From positions 256,001 to 320,000 of the forward strand of contig CBDBCR010000003.1 in NCBI GenBank assembly GCA_965203465.1: a DNA stretch of 64,000 nt, read 5' to 3'. Positions 60,579 to 64,000 of the stretch are shown one piece after another; position 1 is the stretch's first letter, and each line of letters begins with the position of its first letter. The DNA comes from Nitrosopumilaceae archaeon (GTDB taxonomy: Archaea; Thermoproteota; Nitrososphaeria; Nitrososphaerales; Nitrosopumilaceae). A model generated the notes under the pieces. That model did not search any database, was not told where the DNA came from, and saw only the letters and a list, made by a program, of their open reading frames with translations. Made by a program: the position numbers and the translations under genes.

Positions 60579-60703
60579 TTAAGAGCCGGGCTTCTGGCCT
60601 CTGGCCGCGCCATGCCTAGCCGGGGGCTACCCCACGAATTCGCAACAGTGCCGGGCAGGGCCGCCACCGAACGGTTAATAGCGGGAGGGCCGGGCGGCCG
60701 GCC

Positions 60704-61030
60704 GTGAGCGAGTCAAAGGTGGCAGGCATAGTCGGGGCCCTGTCAGAGCTCGAAGACAGGATAGACGCCCTCCACGGCCGCACAGGCGAGGCCGAAAAGG
60801 CCGTAGCGGCCAAGGCCCAGTCCGAGATCGCCCGGCTCGCCGAAGAGACGCGCAAGGCCGCGTCCCGCGAGGCCGAGGAGGCCGTAGCGGCCGCGCGCGC
60901 CAAGGCCGAAAAAGAGGCGGCCCTCATAGCCGAAAAGGGCCAAGAGGAGCTCGCCCGGACAAAGGCGAGCATGGAACAGAACTTTTCCCGGGCGGTAGAT
61001 GCGGCTGTCGCGGCGGTCCTCAAGGCGTAG
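60704..61030 (+). CDS. A/V-type ATPase subunit H(G)-like coiled-coil protein
   Basis: Ala/Glu/Lys-rich helical protein ending FSRAVDAAVAAVL. Confidence 0.6.
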   Translation: MSESKVAGIVGALSELEDRIDALHGRTGEAEKAVAAKAQSEIARLAEETRKAASREAEEAVAAARAKAEKEAALIAEKGQEELARTKASMEQNFSRAVDAAVAAVLKA

Positions 61031-61691
61031 CGGTGCGCGCGCCCCGCTCGGGTCGCGCCGCATAGCCGTGGCCACCGTGCAGGGGAGGGCGTACTACCGG
61101 TTCTGCTCGGCCCTGCGGGCGCTGGACATCGGCTTCGATACAATACTCCCGTCCCAGATCCAGCGCTACGACGGCAGCGCCGTGCTCACCACGGCCGCCG
61201 AGGCCCCGCGCGAGCCGCGCGTGGCCGTCATACTGGACGAGCAGATGCCGTCCCACCCGACCGTGGTCCACGGCACGCTCGTGCGCGAGCTCGGCTGCGG
61301 GTTCGGCGCGGCGCACCTGGTCATGGGGGTGGATCCGGGCACCAGGCCGGGCCTCTCCGTATGGTACCACGGCCGCGAGATAGAATCGTCGATGCACGCC
61401 TCGCCCGAGTCGCTGGTCTCGCACATGATAGAGATCATGGCCGGCCTGCGCGCGACGGCCAAAAAGGTAAAGATCGGCGACGGCGACAGGGGCGCGGCCT
61501 CGGACATCGCCCGCCGGCTGAGGCTGAGGTACTGCTCGGACTTTGACCTCGAGATCGTAGACGAGCGCGGCACCAGCCCGCGCATGAAGAACCACAACCG
61601 GCGCGGCAAGAGAGACATGGCCTCGGCCCGGTCCATAGCGGGCAGGGACGCGCCGGCCGTCCACCTGCTGCCGCCCTCGCTGACCGGCTGA
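60999..61691 (+). CDS. Conserved hypothetical protein with RNase H-like (YqgF-like) domain
   Basis: MGVDPG, VKIGDG, IVDERGTS, DMASA motifs; start uncertain. Confidence 0.7.
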   Translation: MRLSRRSSRRSGARAPLGSRRIAVATVQGRAYYRFCSALRALDIGFDTILPSQIQRYDGSAVLTTAAEAPREPRVAVILDEQMPSHPTVVHGTLVRELGCGFGAAHLVMGVDPGTRPGLSVWYHGREIESSMHASPESLVSHMIEIMAGLRATAKKVKIGDGDRGAASDIARRLRLRYCSDFDLEIVDERGTSPRMKNHNRRGKRDMASARSIAGRDAPAVHLLPPSLTG

Positions 61692-61750
61692 GCGGGCTAG
61701 GCACGGGGCCGCATGGCAGGTATATTAGGAGGTATATAAGACGCGGGCCC

Positions 61751-62317
61751 GTGACGCAGACAAAGCCGCTGGTCAGCATAGAGAACGTGGTGGCCTCGGC
61801 ATCGGTGGACCAAAAGATAGACCTCAACGAGGTGACCAAAAAGTTCCCCGCCACCGAGTACCACCCCGAGCAGTTCCCAGGGCTGGTCTTCCGGCTCGAA
61901 TACCCGCGCACGGCCACGCTGATCTTCCGGACCGGCAAGATGGTCTGCACCGGCGCAAAGTCCGAAGAGATGGCCGTAAAGGCGGTGCGGACCGTGGTGC
62001 AAAAGCTGCGCAAGAGCAAGATCAGGATAAAAAAGGACGCCGTCGTGGTCGTGCAGAACATCGTGGCCGCCATCAACCTTGGCGGCAAGATACACCTGGA
62101 AAAGGCCGCCAGGGTGCTGCCGAGGAGCATGTACGAGCCGGAGCAGTTCCCCGGGCTGATACACAGGATGCTCGATCCAAAGACCGTCATACTGATCTTC
62201 GCGTCGGGCAAGCTCGTGTGCACCGGCGCCAAAAAAGAATCCGACGTGTACCGCTCGGTACACAACCTGCACGCCCTGCTCGAAGAAAAGAACCTGATGG
62301 TCTACGACAAGGCCTAG
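61751..62317 (+). CDS. tbp: TATA-box binding protein
   Basis: Two repeats of NVVA/NIVA, Y.PEQFPGL and LIF..GK.VCTGAK. Confidence 0.97.
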   Translation: MTQTKPLVSIENVVASASVDQKIDLNEVTKKFPATEYHPEQFPGLVFRLEYPRTATLIFRTGKMVCTGAKSEEMAVKAVRTVVQKLRKSKIRIKKDAVVVVQNIVAAINLGGKIHLEKAARVLPRSMYEPEQFPGLIHRMLDPKTVILIFASGKLVCTGAKKESDVYRSVHNLHALLEEKNLMVYDKA

Positions 62318-62922
62318 CCCAGGAACCGAAACTCGGCGCTCTCCACCAGCCCGCCGTGCGCGACCGTGACGAGGTACGTGCCCGCCGCCCAGCCGGGGCC
62401 GCCCGAGATGGCCAGCGTCGAGAACGAGCCGTCCGGCAGCAGCGCGACCTTTTCGCTCCAGACCACCGCGCCAGTCTCGTCCGAAAGGTACACGTCGACG
62501 GCCTGCCCGGCGGCGGCGGACTCTCCGCTGATCGCCACGATGTCGCCGGTCCTGTACGATTCTGCGTCCAGGCCGACTGACAGCGGCGAGATGTTCACCC
62601 CCGCCAGCGCAGAGTAGGCCCCCGCGGCGGCCAGCGCGGCCACCACTCCGGCCAGCACCAGCGTCTTTCTGCCGAACCTGCGCCGCGGAGGCGCGGGCGG
62701 CACCAGGGCCTGCCCGGCCGGCGGCTGGGGCGGCGCCGGCTTGGCCCTCCTTTTCGGCACCGGATCCAGGTACGCGCTGCGCAGGCGCTCGACGTACTCG
62801 CGCTCGTTGAGCGATATGGGCTCGTGGCGCTCGGCGGCACGTAGCACCTGCTCCAGCATGCCGCGATCGCCTATCCCCTTGAGAAGCAGCTCCGAGACCG
62901 TGTCTGCCAGGGTGTTCGCCAC
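62314..62922 (-). CDS. Membrane-anchored hypothetical protein
   Basis: Helical N-terminus, central TM segment, Ig-like C-terminus (YRTGDIVAISG...GTYLV). Confidence 0.65.
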   Translation of the reverse strand: MANTLADTVSELLLKGIGDRGMLEQVLRAAERHEPISLNEREYVERLRSAYLDPVPKRRAKPAPPQPPAGQALVPPAPPRRRFGRKTLVLAGVVAALAAAGAYSALAGVNISPLSVGLDAESYRTGDIVAISGESAAAGQAVDVYLSDETGAVVWSEKVALLPDGSFSTLAISGGPGWAAGTYLVTVAHGGLVESAEFRFLG

Positions 62923-63041
62923 GGAGCGCACGCGATCCGATCTACGTTTAAGATTTTCCGAGGGGCGGGCCGGCCCGCAATGCAGGAAGGGGCGCCCCGC
63001 CCCCACGCGCATGGATGGCCGAATCCGGATTTAACGCCCCC

Positions 63042-63272
63042 CTACAGCCGGCTCGCCTGCACGAACATGCCCGAGGCGTCCGGCCTGGCCGAGACGCGGG
63101 CAGAGGCGCGCGCGCCGGCCCTGGCCATGACCGTCCTCGCGTAGTCGCGGGCCGTCGCGTCGGTGACCCCCATCTGCTTGGCCCTCTCAAAGAGGGCCGC
63201 CGGCTGCGGGTTCGCCGCGTAGAACCGGAGCAGGGCGTTGAGCCTGACCGATCGGCGCTCGTCGCTGTTCAC
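63042..63272 (-). CDS. Small HTH-like protein
   Basis: AKQMGVTDATARDY helix-turn-helix-like segment; strong TATA upstream. Confidence 0.5.
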   Translation of the reverse strand: MNSDERRSVRLNALLRFYAANPQPAALFERAKQMGVTDATARDYARTVMARAGARASARVSARPDASGMFVQASRL

Positions 63273-63348
63273 GCGGTACAGTACGGTACTGTATATAAAA
63301 AACCTCCGGTGCGCCGGCGCCGCAGAGCTGCCTCTGGGCCGGCGGCGC

Positions 63349-64000
63349 TCAGATCTTCCTTGCAAGACGCGCCGCGGCCGGGGCGGCTGCCGCAAGACCC
63401 GCTGCGACAGCCGCGTGCCAGAGCTCGAACGCGGGCGCCGCTCGCCCCGGTTCGCGCGGCTCGCGCAAAAGAACCGGCGCGTCTTGGGCGGTCGCGGTTT
63501 TCGGCGCGGGCGGCTCGGCCTCTAGATCCCCGGGCCCGTCCGGCGCGGGAGCCGCGGATTCGGGGGCGTCGGACGGGGCCGTCGTCGGAGGCGAGCCGGT
63601 TTTGGGAGTTGCGGCCGGCGCAGAGCTGGCGCGAGGGCCAGGCGCGTCGGTCGTGGCTCCCGCGTCTTCGGGCTCGGGCGGCCCGGCCCCCGCGGCCGGG
63701 GGCGCGGCCGGCTCCGGCGCCCGCACGTCCGGCAGCGCGCCGAACGCCGTGAACCGGACCGAGCCCGAGCACGATTCCGTGTCCACGATCTGGGAAACGC
63801 CGGCGGCCTGGCCGCCCCGGTGCGCCGCCCTGATCTCCAGCAGCGCCGCGTCGGGCAGTATGGGCGCCTCCCAGACCGCCGAATCCGGCGCGCCGTACGG
63901 CTGCCCGACGGGGCGCGCCGCGGTGACGGCGCCGGCCTGCTCCAGCGTCACTGCGGCGTGGGACGGCGATGCCGCCACCCTTGCGTGCGGCACCTCAGAG
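63349..64000 (-). CDS. C-terminal part of a surface protein (runs off the window)
   Basis: Pro/Ala-rich linker, hydrophobic tail and basic end. Confidence 0.55.
   Translation of the reverse strand, partial: SEVPHARVAASPSHAAVTLEQAGAVTAARPVGQPYGAPDSAVWEAPILPDAALLEIRAAHRGGQAAGVSQIVDTESCSGSVRFTAFGALPDVRAPEPAAPPAAGAGPPEPEDAGATTDAPGPRASSAPAATPKTGSPPTTAPSDAPESAAPAPDGPGDLEAEPPAPKTATAQDAPVLLREPREPGRAAPAFELWHAAVAAGLAAAAPAAARLARKI

Larger units (their letters stand above)
56218..60652. mobile_element. IS6-family cargo transposon carrying a restriction-modification locus
   Basis: 38-bp TIRs at 56218-56255 and 60615-60652 (37/38 identical) beginning GG(T/C)ACTGTTGC; 8-bp direct repeat GGGCAGGG at 56210-56217 and 60653-60660. 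Confidence 0.92.

Noticed and set aside
174-63772. Many long overlapping alternative-frame ORFs (e.g. 16709-19027, 36938-38866, 52492-54669)
   Set aside because: Shadow ORFs expected in high-GC DNA; each overlaps a well-supported gene.

Overview
High-GC archaeal DNA. The gene set (Mre11/Rad50, L15e, S2, Rpo10, TBP, TFE, aTrm56, GTP cyclohydrolase III, CFI-box-CTERM surface proteins) points to a thaumarchaeote of the Nitrosopumilaceae/Cenarchaeum type, possibly host-associated (inference). Most of the window is housekeeping: DNA repair, cobalamin, mevalonate/isoprenoid and riboflavin clusters, transcription factors and tRNA-Leu(GAG). Accessory blocks interrupt this. (1) A lower-GC ABC-type AAA ATPase + PIN pair (4.4-6.1 kb). 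(2) A 655-bp tandem gene duplication with a variable heptad repeat. (3) A surface-protein/TPR island (17-27 kb) holding a three-level nest of insertion sequences: IS630 inside IS630 inside a decayed IS5-like element. (4) A three-domain solute-binding protein. (5) The strongest candidate for an undescribed system: a 4.4-kb IS6-family cargo transposon (56218-60652) with 38-bp terminal inverted repeats and an exact 8-bp target duplication. It carries a tRNA-like RNA, an AbrB-like regulator with a coupled 28-aa hydrophobic peptide, and a type II restriction-modification pair whose methyltransferase is frameshifted at a G12 tract (candidate phase-variable switch). All calls come from reading motifs by eye; no database searches were run.
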